NCBI GenBank assembly: GCA_946186495.1
Contig: CAMHNQ010000003.1
Coordinates: forward strand, 32,599 to 96,598
Direction of reading: 5' to 3'
Origin: an uncultured Bacteroidales bacterium
GTDB taxonomy: Bacteria > Bacteroidota > Bacteroidia > Bacteroidales > WCHB1-69
Length of the DNA: 64,000 bases
Shown here: positions 33,274-44,500 of the stretch, piece by piece
How positions within the stretch are numbered: position 1 is the stretch's first letter
How the letters are laid out: each line of letters begins with the position of its first letter
Notes under the pieces: model-generated
What the model was told of the DNA's origin: nothing
The model's input: only the letters and a program-made list of their open reading frames with translations
Databases searched by the model: none
Translations under genes and position numbers: made by a program

Positions 33274-35259
33274 ATGAACACCAAACACTTATTGTCCATA
33301 ACATGCATATTGTGGCTCTCCCCTTTGCGGGGCATGTCCCAGACGGATTCCACGACACTCCACGAGCGCCTGGTTGACCTGTGGGAGATGGAATGGGAGC
33401 CGGCAGAGGCGACACAGGGGCTTGAAGCCCTGCAACATCCGGAAGGGCTGGAATTCGCATCCGAAGAGTTGTTGGAGAGAATCGACCGGAACCAAGGAGG
33501 CCGCCGGCCCAACATGAACGACCTGAGCTATGAGGAAGCCGTGAATATACTATCTCTCAATGACTTTCAATATTACCAGCTCCAACTATACATCGAGACT
33601 TACGGCCGGCTATACAGCCTCCACGAGATAGAGGCCATTGAAGGGTTCACGGCGGCGGACCGTCTGCGCCTGGCGGGCCTCGCAGTGATCGAGCCTCCGC
33701 CGAGACGTCATCCGACCTTCAGGGAGCTGTTGAAAGGGGGTAGGCATGTCTTCTGGGTGCGTCACAGGCAAGTGCTTGAGCGGCAGGACGGCTACGACAC
33801 CACCCGCCCAAAGCATTACGAGGGGTCGCCGGCGCACGTGCAGTTCCGTTACGAGTATGCCATCAGCCAGCGCGCCGGCATCCGGTTCGCCGGGGAGAAA
33901 GACGCCGGGGAGGCCTTCTTCCGCGGGGCGGAAAGGCGGGGATTCGGCCACTGTTCCGGCTCGGCCCACCTGGACAATGCCGGATGGGTGAAACGGGCCG
34001 TTTTGGGCGATTTCCGGCTCAATTTCGGGCAAGGCCTGGTGCTGGGTTCCTCGATGATGTCAGGGAAAGGTTCCGGGGTGGATGGGGTCAGGCGTTTCGG
34101 GGAGGGGATCCGCCCGGTGGCCACCACGAGCGAGAGCCGTCACTTCCGAGGCGTGGCCGCCACCGTAGGCAACACCCGCTGGGCAGGCAGCGCCTTCGCA
34201 GGGGAGGTGACAGAGAGCCGGAACGCCGCACTTGGAGGGGCGGTCACCTGCCGCCTGCCCAGGTTCGGCCTGAGCGGACAGGCGGTCTGCTACGGGGACT
34301 ACGGCGACAGTGCCGGCGTGCGGGAGAAGTGGCACGCGATGGTCCACCCCAGGCAGTGGAACGCCGGGCTCGCGTACCATGCCCTCATCCGCCACTGCCT
34401 GCTGTTCGGGGAGGCGGCCGTCAACGAGAAGGGAAAGCTTGCGGCCTTACAGGCAGCCATCCTCCCCGTCACACCCGCGCTCCGGCTCGCCGTCCTGCTG
34501 CGCCACTATGCCACGGACTTCCAGTCTCCCATGGGCAATGGCTTCCGCACCGGGACCAACGGCTGCGGGGAGTTCGGGAGCTACCTTGCCGGGCATCTCG
34601 TGCTGTCGAAAAACGTGGAAGCGGACCTCTTCGCCGACTATTACCGGTTGACTTGGCTGAGCTACTGCACCGATGCACCCGTGCAAGGCTTCGACGCCGG
34701 CGCCGGCCTCACCTGCAGGCTGACCCGCAACAGCAACCTCGCACTCCGCTACCAATGGCGAACACGTCCCTCGAACGAAAGCGGGGACCCCCGCCTCCAC
34801 CGACTGGCAGAACAATGCCGGCACCGATTCAGGCTCTCGTGGGGGAACACCCCCCTACCCTGTCTGAAGACGAAGACAGAGCTCAACATGGTGTTCAACA
34901 GGGAACCTGGCAAACGACAATGGCGCAAGGGCATCCTGCTCTACCAGGACTTCTCCGTCAGCCTCAACAGGCCGAATCTGGCCTTCGCGCTGCGCGTCGC
35001 CTATTTCGACACCGACAGCTACGACGAACGCCTCTACGCCTACGAAAACGACGTCTACTACGCCTTCACGATCGGATCCTACTACTATCAGGGAATTCGG
35101 GGTTACCTGCTCATGCGCTACAAGGTGCAGCGCTTCACCCTCTGGCTGCGGCTGTCCCGCACCCGCTATCTCAACCGCACCGACATCGGCAGCGGCCTCA
35201 CCCGCATCGACAAGCCCCACAAAACGGAGTTGAAGGTCCAAGGCATGTACAGGTTCTGA
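33274..35259 (+). CDS. ComEA-like helix-hairpin-helix domain fused to a large predicted outer-membrane barrel
   Basis: Signal peptide. NMNDLSYEEAVNILSLNDFQYYQLQLYIETYGRLYSLHEIEAIEGFTAADRLRL fits the ComEA HhH pattern. About 500 aa of beta-rich sequence ending ..LKVQGMYRF (terminal Phe). Confidence 0.7.
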   Translation: MNTKHLLSITCILWLSPLRGMSQTDSTTLHERLVDLWEMEWEPAEATQGLEALQHPEGLEFASEELLERIDRNQGGRRPNMNDLSYEEAVNILSLNDFQYYQLQLYIETYGRLYSLHEIEAIEGFTAADRLRLAGLAVIEPPPRRHPTFRELLKGGRHVFWVRHRQVLERQDGYDTTRPKHYEGSPAHVQFRYEYAISQRAGIRFAGEKDAGEAFFRGAERRGFGHCSGSAHLDNAGWVKRAVLGDFRLNFGQGLVLGSSMMSGKGSGVDGVRRFGEGIRPVATTSESRHFRGVAATVGNTRWAGSAFAGEVTESRNAALGGAVTCRLPRFGLSGQAVCYGDYGDSAGVREKWHAMVHPRQWNAGLAYHALIRHCLLFGEAAVNEKGKLAALQAAILPVTPALRLAVLLRHYATDFQSPMGNGFRTGTNGCGEFGSYLAGHLVLSKNVEADLFADYYRLTWLSYCTDAPVQGFDAGAGLTCRLTRNSNLALRYQWRTRPSNESGDPRLHRLAEQCRHRFRLSWGNTPLPCLKTKTELNMVFNREPGKRQWRKGILLYQDFSVSLNRPNLAFALRVAYFDTDSYDERLYAYENDVYYAFTIGSYYYQGIRGYLLMRYKVQRFTLWLRLSRTRYLNRTDIGSGLTRIDKPHKTELKVQGMYRF

Positions 35260-35288
35260 GAGCGGAAAGACGAACGCAACCCTCCGGG

Positions 35289-35921
35289 CTACAGAATCAG
35301 GTCGCGCACATCGTCCTGGATGCCCAACACCTGCGCAATACCCAGCAGGACGCCGTCAATCTTGTCCTTGACGAACTCGGTGGAGGGGATGACATGCAGG
35401 TCGGGATGGCGCTGCCACACCCTGAGGAGGTTGTCGTCCACGCGGATGGCCTCGGCGAGGGTCTCCTCCATACGGGCGGAGTTGTTGCTCAGCGTGTAGC
35501 TGTTCGGGGCGCCCTTGGCACTGGTGCACAGGTGGAACACGGCCTTGTAACGCGCCATGAGCTCGGCTTCAGTGACGCCGACCTGCCGCAACAGCTCCTG
35601 CCAATCGCCCGGGTCCATGTAGGCTGAAAGGTCCATCGCACCCCGGTCATTGACGATAATCGCGGGCTTCCCGGTCGCCTTGGCAATGTTGTGGAACGAA
35701 TCCTCCATCTGCAGCAGAAAGAGCATCATGTTCCGGTGTATCTCGAAATAGAGATGCCTGTCTTTGGTGAGGAACTCGGCACCGGCCTTGATAAACAAGG
35801 TGGCTGCCTCGGGAAGCGTGAACACCGCATAACCCAACTTCGCATAGAACTCCTCTATGCGTTCATTCGTGGTGGTTTTGCCCGCACAAGGCCCACCCGT
35901 CAACACAATCTTGGTAATCAT
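35289..35921 (-). CDS. small P-loop NTPase (AAA_28-like)
   Basis: ATG 35921: MITKIVLTGGPCAGKTT. 210 aa. Starts 5 nt after the trmB stop. Confidence 0.7.
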   Translation of the reverse strand: MITKIVLTGGPCAGKTTTNERIEEFYAKLGYAVFTLPEAATLFIKAGAEFLTKDRHLYFEIHRNMMLFLLQMEDSFHNIAKATGKPAIIVNDRGAMDLSAYMDPGDWQELLRQVGVTEAELMARYKAVFHLCTSAKGAPNSYTLSNNSARMEETLAEAIRVDDNLLRVWQRHPDLHVIPSTEFVKDKIDGVLLGIAQVLGIQDDVRDLIL

Positions 35922-35926
35922 AACTG

Positions 35927-36598
35927 CTAACTTCTGACTGCTAACTTCACATAGTGTATCGTCTTGCCCTCCTCCAGCCATTTGCGTTCGTAGAAGGTCT
36001 GCACCTCCGTGAGCAGGGGGTCGGCGGCACCGGCATAGACGTCCGGGATGTTTTCCAAGATCTGCCATCCTTGTTCGGGCGCCACTTCCAGAAGATACTC
36101 GTAAAGGAAGTCGCTGTCACACTTGAGATGCAGAAGCCCACCCTCGGCGGGCCATATCCGGCGGTAGTAGTCGTTCACGAAGTGGGGGCCGACCAGCCGC
36201 TTGCGCTCCTTCTTGATCTGGGGATCCGGGAATGTCACCCAAATCTCATCGACCTCGCCGGGCGCGAAATAGTGCTCTATGTGGTCAATGGTGATGCGCA
36301 GGAACGCCACGTTGGCCAACTGCTGCTCAAGGGCATCCTTGCAGCCCCGCCATAACCGCGCACCCTTGCGGTCCACCCCGATATAGTTGCGGCCGGGAAA
36401 ACGCTGCGCCATCGCCAACGTGTACTCCCCTTTACCGCAACCCAACTCCAGCACGATCGGCCGGTCATTGCGGAAATAGTCCTCCCGCCACCGGCCACGC
36501 AACGGGAACGCCTCGCCCGCGCGGTCATACTCCGTATGCTGGAACAAATTATCAAACGTCGCGTTCTCCGCGAACCTCGCTAACTTATGTTTTGCCAT
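35927..36598 (-). CDS. trmB: tRNA (guanine46-N7)-methyltransferase
   Basis: LELGCGKGEYT SAM motif and FPDPQIKKERKR pattern. 223 aa. Confidence 0.9.
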   Translation of the reverse strand: MAKHKLARFAENATFDNLFQHTEYDRAGEAFPLRGRWREDYFRNDRPIVLELGCGKGEYTLAMAQRFPGRNYIGVDRKGARLWRGCKDALEQQLANVAFLRITIDHIEHYFAPGEVDEIWVTFPDPQIKKERKRLVGPHFVNDYYRRIWPAEGGLLHLKCDSDFLYEYLLEVAPEQGWQILENIPDVYAGAADPLLTEVQTFYERKWLEEGKTIHYVKLAVRS

Positions 36599-36608
36599 TG
36601 TTTCTTGA

Positions 36609-36662
36609 TTTGTGACTTTTGACTTTTGACGTTGGTTTGTGACTTATGACTTGGGATTTGGA
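36609..36662 (-). repeat. tandem TGACTT(T/A)-type repeats in the exporter/trmB spacer
   Basis: The mRNA strand reads AAGTCATAAGTCACAAACCAACGTCAAAAGTCAAAAGTCACAAATCAAG just 5' of the trmB ATG. Confidence 0.55.
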
Positions 36663-36672
36663 CATTAGGGTG

Positions 36673-38448
36673 TCAGCTGCTGACGGCCAACTGGTAGTAG
36701 GCCCCGTGCGCGGCCATCAGCTCGTCGTGCGTACCCTGCTCGACGATACGGCCGGCATTGAGGACACAGATGCAGCCGGCATGTTGGACGGTAGAGAGCC
36801 GATGCGCGATCATCACCACGGTACACCGCTTCGACAGGGTCTCCACAGACTGCTGAAAGAGCCGTTCGGACTCCGTGTCCAACGCAGAGGTGGCCTCGTC
36901 GAGAATGAGCACAGGAGCTTTGCGCAAGACGGCGCGCGCGATACTGATACGCTGCCGCTGCCCGCCGGAAAGCGTCACCCCGCGGTCTCCCACCTCATGC
37001 TGGAACCCACCGGGCAGCGACATCACAAAATCGTAGATGTTCGCAACCCTCGCGGCCTCCTCGACCTCCTCCATCGTGGCAGGAAAACCCATCGTGATGT
37101 TCCGGTATATCGTGTCGTGGAAGAGCATCACGTCCTGCGACACCAAGGCGAAAAGACGGCGGTAGTCCGAAATACGGAAACGGTCTGCCGGCACCCCGTC
37201 GAGAAGAACCGAACCCTTCGTGGGGTCGTAAAAGCGCATCAACAGGTCCGTCAGGGTTGTTTTGCCGGACCCGGACAGCCCGACAAAGGCCACTGATGTA
37301 CCTTTGGAAATTCTCAAACTCACATCGTGGATGACCTCACCGTCACATCCCTTATAAGTGAAACTCACATGCTTGAAATCCAAAGCATCCTGAAATCCCC
37401 CGACGGGAAGCGCGTCAGGACGCTCTTCAACGGAGTCTGCAATGGACAGGAACTCGTGAATGCGGTCCAACGCCGCCTCTCCCCTCTTGTATTCCGAAAA
37501 GGCGGAGGAAATGTTCTGCGCCGGCGTGATAATCTGGGAAAAGAGGGCGATATAGGTGATGAACATCTCAGGCGAGAGCGACGACCGCTGCGAGAGCACC
37601 AGCGTCCCCCCGATGACCAGGATCACCATCACGGAAGTGACACCCAGGAACTCACTGAGCGGCGATGCAAGGTAAGTCTGACGATAAACCTTGCGCTGGT
37701 TCTGATGGAAATGCGTGTTCAGGCGGCGGAACTTCCCGTACATCCGTTTCTGCCCATTGAAACCGTATATCACCCGAAGCCCGGAGATGGTTTCCTCAAC
37801 ATGCGACAGCAGGACGCCAAGTCGCTGCCGATAGGTTTTGGAAGAACGCTTCAAGAGGTAGGAGAGAAACCCGATGACCAGAAAAGAGGCCGGCATCAGC
37901 AAGACTGCCCACAGGGAAAGCTGGTAGTCGATCCAGAAAAGGCAGACGAGATAACAAAGGAGCGCAATGGGATCGGTCAGAAACTGCTGAATGGAATTGA
38001 GAATCGTATAATCAACCTCCTGCGTATCGTTGACGGCACGCGTCACCATGTCTCCCCGATTCTCGCGGTTGAAATAGCCCAACGGCAGGGAAATCATCTT
38101 GTCGTAAAGACGGTTACGGATGTTGAAAAGAAAATCACTGCGAACATGAGCCATATTCCAGTGGGAGAAGTAAGAGGCGAGATTGCGGAGGAGATAGAGC
38201 AGGGCGGCGAAAAGGATGATCCCAACCACTGCGCCACGCGCCTCCACGAACGGGACGAACTTACCCAAAAGCCCCACCATATAGGAGGATATCGGACTTA
38301 ATCCCTCAAGGCTGCCATGAAAGAGAAGCTTGAGAAAAGGCTCTATCATCATGAAAACGAAGATCGTAAGGATGACATACACGAGATTGGACAGGAACAC
38401 CAATCCCAGTCGGAACACATAATGACTGAAAAAATTCAACCGCTTCAT
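36673..38448 (-). CDS. ABC exporter, fused permease-ATPase (MsbA-like)
   Basis: Six-TM N-terminal half. GLSGSGKTT, LSGGQRQR and LILDEATSALD motifs. ATG 38448 (MKRLNFF) is preferred over the TTG at 38457. Confidence 0.9.
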   Translation of the reverse strand: MKRLNFFSHYVFRLGLVFLSNLVYVILTIFVFMMIEPFLKLLFHGSLEGLSPISSYMVGLLGKFVPFVEARGAVVGIILFAALLYLLRNLASYFSHWNMAHVRSDFLFNIRNRLYDKMISLPLGYFNRENRGDMVTRAVNDTQEVDYTILNSIQQFLTDPIALLCYLVCLFWIDYQLSLWAVLLMPASFLVIGFLSYLLKRSSKTYRQRLGVLLSHVEETISGLRVIYGFNGQKRMYGKFRRLNTHFHQNQRKVYRQTYLASPLSEFLGVTSVMVILVIGGTLVLSQRSSLSPEMFITYIALFSQIITPAQNISSAFSEYKRGEAALDRIHEFLSIADSVEERPDALPVGGFQDALDFKHVSFTYKGCDGEVIHDVSLRISKGTSVAFVGLSGSGKTTLTDLLMRFYDPTKGSVLLDGVPADRFRISDYRRLFALVSQDVMLFHDTIYRNITMGFPATMEEVEEAARVANIYDFVMSLPGGFQHEVGDRGVTLSGGQRQRISIARAVLRKAPVLILDEATSALDTESERLFQQSVETLSKRCTVVMIAHRLSTVQHAGCICVLNAGRIVEQGTHDELMAAHGAYYQLAVSS

Positions 38449-38492
38449 GAATGGCAAATGTGGGGAAAAAGGAAATGCTGTAATTAAAACCT

Positions 38493-38530
38493 AAAAAAAA
38501 AGGAGTTGCACGCGATGTGCGTACAACTCC
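38493..38530 (-). terminator. rho-independent terminator of the giant gene
   Basis: The minus strand reads GGAGTTGTACGC-ACATC-GCGTGCAACTCC followed by T9, 21 nt after the stop. Confidence 0.8.
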
Positions 38531-38551
38531 TTCGCTTAATGGATAACTTCA

Positions 38552-41500
38552 TTACTTTGACGAGACCATGACAACAAGTTTTTTGGTAACCACGGCGTCA
38601 GCAGTGCGGACGGTCATGATATAAGAACCAAGCGACAAATTGTCAACGTTAGACTCGAAATAGTAATTATCATTGTCAATGAAGATCTTACCAGTGTAGA
38701 TCTGCTTGCCTGCAAGAGAAGTGATCGTCACGGTGGCTTCGCCGCTCATGTTGTGGACACGAGCCTTGAAAGTCGTGGTGATGGCAGGAGCCGGGTTCGG
38801 CCAAACTTCCATCTCGGGCACAATCACAGCCTCATCGCCTGTGATGGCAGGAGTAACAACAGGAAGTTCAGTAACAGGCTCTTGAGCAACCATGCTCTCA
38901 CCAGTGACGTTGATGATGATGGAGTCGGTAACGAGCAGCGTGCGGACATAAGTGCTGACCATAGAGTTCTGGCCGCCGATGTGCTGTTGCTCACCGTTCT
39001 CATTGGTGTACGGGTGTTGGAAGTCGTTATTGTTGGATGTAGCCATCAGTCTGTAAACAACCTTGTACTCACCAGCGAGTCTGAACGGGACAATCTGAGC
39101 GTCAACAGGACGGTTAGCGAGGAAGTGCATCCACAAATCGTCGTAAACGTTGTTATTGCTCAGGCCGAGATTAGAACTCGGGAAGTGGTTTCCGGAAGTG
39201 GCAGATGACGGGTTGGAGACAGCATAGTTGAAGTAAGAGGTATTGGTAAGAGGAGTGCCGTCACCGCTGAGCCAGCTCATGGTGTTGGAAGTAACCCAAG
39301 AAGGAGACTGTGCAGGATCCAACGGGTTGATGAGCGTCTGGGTCGTCAAGTATTCACCGATTTGGTTGTCGGCGATCTTAACACCATTGTAGTAAATGTC
39401 ATACTCAACATAGACCAAGGTGTCGGGGTTGAAGCATTCGGTACCAACCATCCAGGTGTAGTTCAGGTATTCACCCGTCTGGGCGGTGAAATTGTGGGTT
39501 TCATCGCCGTTCTCGTTGGTGAAGATGAACTCAGGAGCATTGGTGACCTTGATTACAGCAGACTCGGAAGAGGTACCCACGCAACCGTTGGCGTCGGTGA
39601 CAGTAACGGTGACCGTCGTGTACTCAACGCCGATCTCGTCACCTTGCATAGAAGCAATCGTGGTGAATGAATTACCAGTTTGAGGATCTTGTTCAACACC
39701 ATTGATGTTGAAGACATAATTAGTGAAACCAAGTTCAGCAAGGATAGTGATAGACTCACCGGCGCAAGCTCTTTCAGGTCCGGCAATCGTAGGATCCGGA
39801 AGCGGGTTGACAACGAGGGTCAGCGTGTCGCGGACGATACCGCAAGCCTCTCCGTTGTCGTTGAGCGTGACGACGAGCTTCTTGCCGTTGTACTGTTCGG
39901 AAGTCAGCACCGTGGCGAAGTCGAAGGCGTTGCCGTCAACGGTCCAAGCGGTGTCATACTTGTCGGCATTGCCGTGGAAGTTGACGGTCAGACCGGCCTG
40001 AGCCATGGTAATCGCATTGCCTTCGCAAATTTCGATTTCGTCGTTCAGGGAGACAACAGGAACATTGTTCACCGTGAGTTTCGTCCAAGGAGTGTTGAAG
40101 GTTTCGCCGCACTCGGTCGTCCAGGTGTAACTGACATAGACATCAGCAGCGTCGGTGACGACGGTAGAAGCGGTGGCAGCCGTAGCATTGGCGCCATCGG
40201 CGTTGTTGCAGGTCTTCCAACCGGAAGCCGTGACAGAAGCCGTGCCGGTCCACGAAGGCTGTGTGGCGACGAACGCACTTAGTTGAGCACCGCTGCAAGC
40301 AGCTTGATAAACAGGAGTTGTGTAGCTGTTCGTCTTCACCGTAACCTGAGCGAATGCCGTGTCAGCACCGCAATCCGGAGCGATGTTCGGAGTGGCGATC
40401 ACTCTGATTCTGTCGCCAGCTTGGATCGGAAGAGCGGCGTTGAGAGCCAACACGTTAGAACCGCGAACAACAGCATAGTTCACACTCACCTCAGAAGCGG
40501 CATAGTTGCCATAGTCGTTAATCACAGCATGAACACCAGTAATAATCTCGTCAGCCGTGACGTTCGGACAAACCGTCACATTGGAAACTGCAACATCAAT
40601 CTTATCGAGGATACGGAACGTACCCAAGTTGACAGTCTTGTTGCCGCAGTCATTCTCCACATAGTAAGCCACATTCGCATTGGGATTGTCTTGGATGAGC
40701 GCAACTACAGATTCTGCGGAAGTAAACTGCATAGGATCATTCGGCATATTGACAATCCAGTGCTCTTCATCGGCAAACTCCGTGTGGATCGCGTTTTCAA
40801 GAGCTGTAGCGGCGTCATTGATACAAAGGTCGGTCGGGAGCTCGTCAACAGTGAGTCTCGGCTGAGGATTCACCGTCACGATCACTGTGTTCGTAGTAAC
40901 AGTGTTGCCACAATGGTCTTGCATCGTGAAGAAGATATTGGCATTGTTCAGGGCGTAAGGCACTGCCATACCATCACTGACACCACCAGGCACCTGAGCG
41001 GCGGTGTAAATGGCAACGTTCGTAAAGTCGCCGGTCACGAAATCGCTGAAGTGCAGAATGTCACCCTCACAATAAGTTTTAGCTGCGATGGTGTAGATCG
41101 TGGTATCAACATGGAAAGTACCGTTGGCCGTAGCCTCGGCGCAGAGGCCGTTGTTATTGGCAACCGTCAGCGTAAGGGACTGACCGTGGTGAGTGTAGTA
41201 TCTCGGCGTGAAGTTGTAAGTGAACTCCTGGTTTTCAGCCGTCACATTATAAGTACCGACAGTAGCGCCATTGAAGGTCAATGTAGCAGTTGCCGGAGTA
41301 CCGAACGTGGAGACTCTGAATTTAAGAGATGCAGCTTCATTGTTGCAATAAGAGGTAGCCAGCGCGAAGGAATCGATAGCCGGGGCCTTGCTCACTTCAA
41401 ACTCGATGCCTGCGGAAACAGTACCACAGTCGTTCGTGAAGACTCTGGTCACATTATTGTGGGTAGAGGCGAACTCATAGTCAATCTCAGTGGTTTCGGG

Positions 41501-44500
41501 AAGTTCAACACCGTTGCACATCCACTTCACATCGCCCTCGGAACCGTTCCAGTCAGGGACGAAGGTAGCGTTGAAGTCAGCCAGGGTCTTGTTCTCGGTC
41601 TCACAGAAAGCGGGAACCTCGTAATGGTTAGGCGTAACCGTCGGGGCGCCGATAAGCGTGATGGTATAGGTCACGATGCTGTCGCAGCCCTTGGTGACGC
41701 TGGTGTAGGAGATTTCTCTCGTGGTGGTGTAAGGATAATCCTGACCTTGAGGAAGGACAACGACACCATTCGATCCGGGAAGCGTGTAGCGCTCACAAGC
41801 GGTTTCAACGACACTCACACGGTCAATGCGCTTGAAGTTCACGGGGATGGAGGTAATGCCCGACATGCATCCGAAGGTGTTGGCAGCTCTCACGCAGAAA
41901 GTGACATTGTCATTTGCGTAGTCGGTACCGACAACATTGATGGTCCGGACACCAGTACCCACATGACCGAGGGTCCACTGGATGGACTCGACATCGAGTT
42001 CCTCGAAGTTACGGTTGTGGACGGTGATGGTCAGAGGCTCATTCTCACAGAAAGAGTTCGGATGAGTGGTGCTGGCCTCACGGCCGTTGATGGTCAGATA
42101 GAGTTCAGGATTCGGGTGGATATAGACGCGAACCGTGCGGTTGTAGTCACATCCGGTGACAGGGTTGTGAACCGTAAGGATGTAATCGCAACCATTCACA
42201 ACATAGTGGTCGGTCTGGACAGGGATGACAGCAGTGCTGGACGTGCTGGGATCAGCGCAAGGAGCGTACCAGCTGTACTCAAGCTGAACATTGTCGCAGG
42301 TATCAACAGCATTGGCAGTGAGCATGATGCCCTCGGTGCCGTAGCAGTAGTGGAATTCTTCGCCAACGCCGAAGTTGTCGCTGATCGTGATAACAGGAGC
42401 GCAGCTGTCGGCAGTAGGAACGGCAACCACTCTCTCGAAAGTACAGGAAGAAGTGGTGTCCTTCACAGTGACAGTGTATTCAGTACCAACGAGGTTGGTG
42501 AAAACAGGGTTCGTGGTGAAGTTCACACCATCGATGCTGTAGGTAAAGACAGGCTCAGGATTCGTGGAAGTCGGGTTGACAACCGTCAGCGTACCGTTGC
42601 CATTAACTTGGCTGCAGGTATAGGAAGGAGTGGTCTCGACCTCGAAGTTAACCGTATAAGGCTCCCACGCGACATTGATGTAACCGTCGATACTACAACC
42701 CGTAGCAGGCTCGAAAGCAACAACGTGATAATCACCGTGAGCAAGCCAATACTTGGTTGTGGTCATGGGCAGTTCGTAAGGAACATCCATGTCAACATCG
42801 TCGGCGTCATAGAAATAGTACATGAAGATGCGGGAGTCAGTTGTGCTGTGTACAGGTTTGAGAACCGTCACAGTACCGTTACCGGGCTTCTCAAAGGTAG
42901 GAGCGCAGAAATGATCCGGAGTGGAGACGAGGGAAATCTCGTCGATAGCATACTGGTCAATGGTGAATGTATTGGTGGCAGGACAGTTGAATGTGCTGAC
43001 AGCCGTAACATTGTAAGTACCACTGTTGAGGCCGGCAAAAACTGCGTTGTTACCGTTCACCAACTGGAGAGAGTCGTAGTTGTTGCCAACAACTCTGAAG
43101 CCCTTGGCACTAATAGGCGAATAAAGGGATCCGTTTCTCTTGTTCAGAACAACTTTCACTGAACCGTTGAACAACGTGGAATCACAGAAGTCATTGCGAT
43201 GGGTGATGTAAGTGATATAAGGAGTAACCGTCTCGTTTGTGATATTGATGTTCGTCTTGGTGACCTGACAGTTGTTAGGAGTATAGGCAATGATGGAATA
43301 GGTACCGGCAGGCAGAGACGTCCAGACATTGTTAGCGGAGGTCTGGTCTGCGATGGAATCATTGTCGGAATTGTACAGAACATAAGAAGCGTAAGCGGTC
43401 TTGTTGTTAATCTTGATAGAACCATTCACAGTGTCAACATAATCGTTGACACAGAATTGGTTGTTGGTGGTACTGACCTGAATATTGGGATAAGTACGCC
43501 CATCGTTAACGCGGACAGAACCCTCGCCGTAACAACCGGTGACAGGGTTATAAACAGTGATGGAGTAGGAGCCATTGACAAGACCGGTGATCGTCGTGTC
43601 AGCAGCGATCACGCCCGTAGTGTACTCGTAACCAGAGGTCTCAACGCAGTGGATTTCGTACTGGAGACCAGGAGTCTTCAACGTAATGGTACCGTTAGGC
43701 TCGGTGCAGTTAGTATTGGCAGTGGAGGTGGCAACGAATACCTCGTCCTCGGTCTCCATACCGACAAAGACGTTCACAGCCGTAGCGCAATGCGTCATGA
43801 CATCAGTCTTGATAATGGTATAAGTGCCATGAGAGAGGCCTTCGTAAGAAGTAAGAACTTCACCGTCTTTAACAAGCGTATAGGTGTAGCCGGCTTCCTG
43901 AGTAAGGATAATACGGCCGTTGTTGTCGGCGCAAACCGTAACATCCTCGACAGTGTAAACAGGAGGTGCAGGAAGCACGATGGTGGAACCAACCGTCACG
44001 ACAGTGCTGCGCTCGCAACCATCGAGGGTGACGACTGCAACATTGTAATCGCCAGCGGCAAGGGAGTCGAAGACGATAGTGTTCCAAGGAAGCTGTTGTT
44101 CAGGATGCAAAGGAACATCGGAACGTTTGGTAATAGGTCCGTAGATATCGTTCCAGAGTATGACGTAGAAACCGGAAGGAACAGTGTCAACAGAAATGAT
44201 ACCGTTGTTGCGCTCGCACATGGTGGAGGGCCAAATACGGGTGTGGATGTCGTCGCCCTGGTAGAAAACGGTAAGGTTGGCAGTGGCAGAAGCCTGACAG
44301 CCAAAGACATCCGTAACGGTAACTTGGTATTCATACTCACCAGCTTCGAGAGCCTCTTGGATAGTCAGGACATCGGAAGTGCTCAGCACAGTGGTGCCGC
44401 CAACTTCTTTCCAAGACCAGGTGACATTAGTCTCGACATTGTCGCCGCGAGTTGCAGTGGCATTGTAGTCAACACCGTCAAGCTCGATCGTCTCTTGACA

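Noticed and set aside
33984-35627. 547-aa ORF overlapping the HhH-barrel gene in another frame and running into the next gene
   Set aside because: The product is Arg/Pro/Gly-rich, has no start context and crosses a convergent gene boundary. The annotated frame has a signal peptide, an HhH motif and a barrel-type C-terminus.
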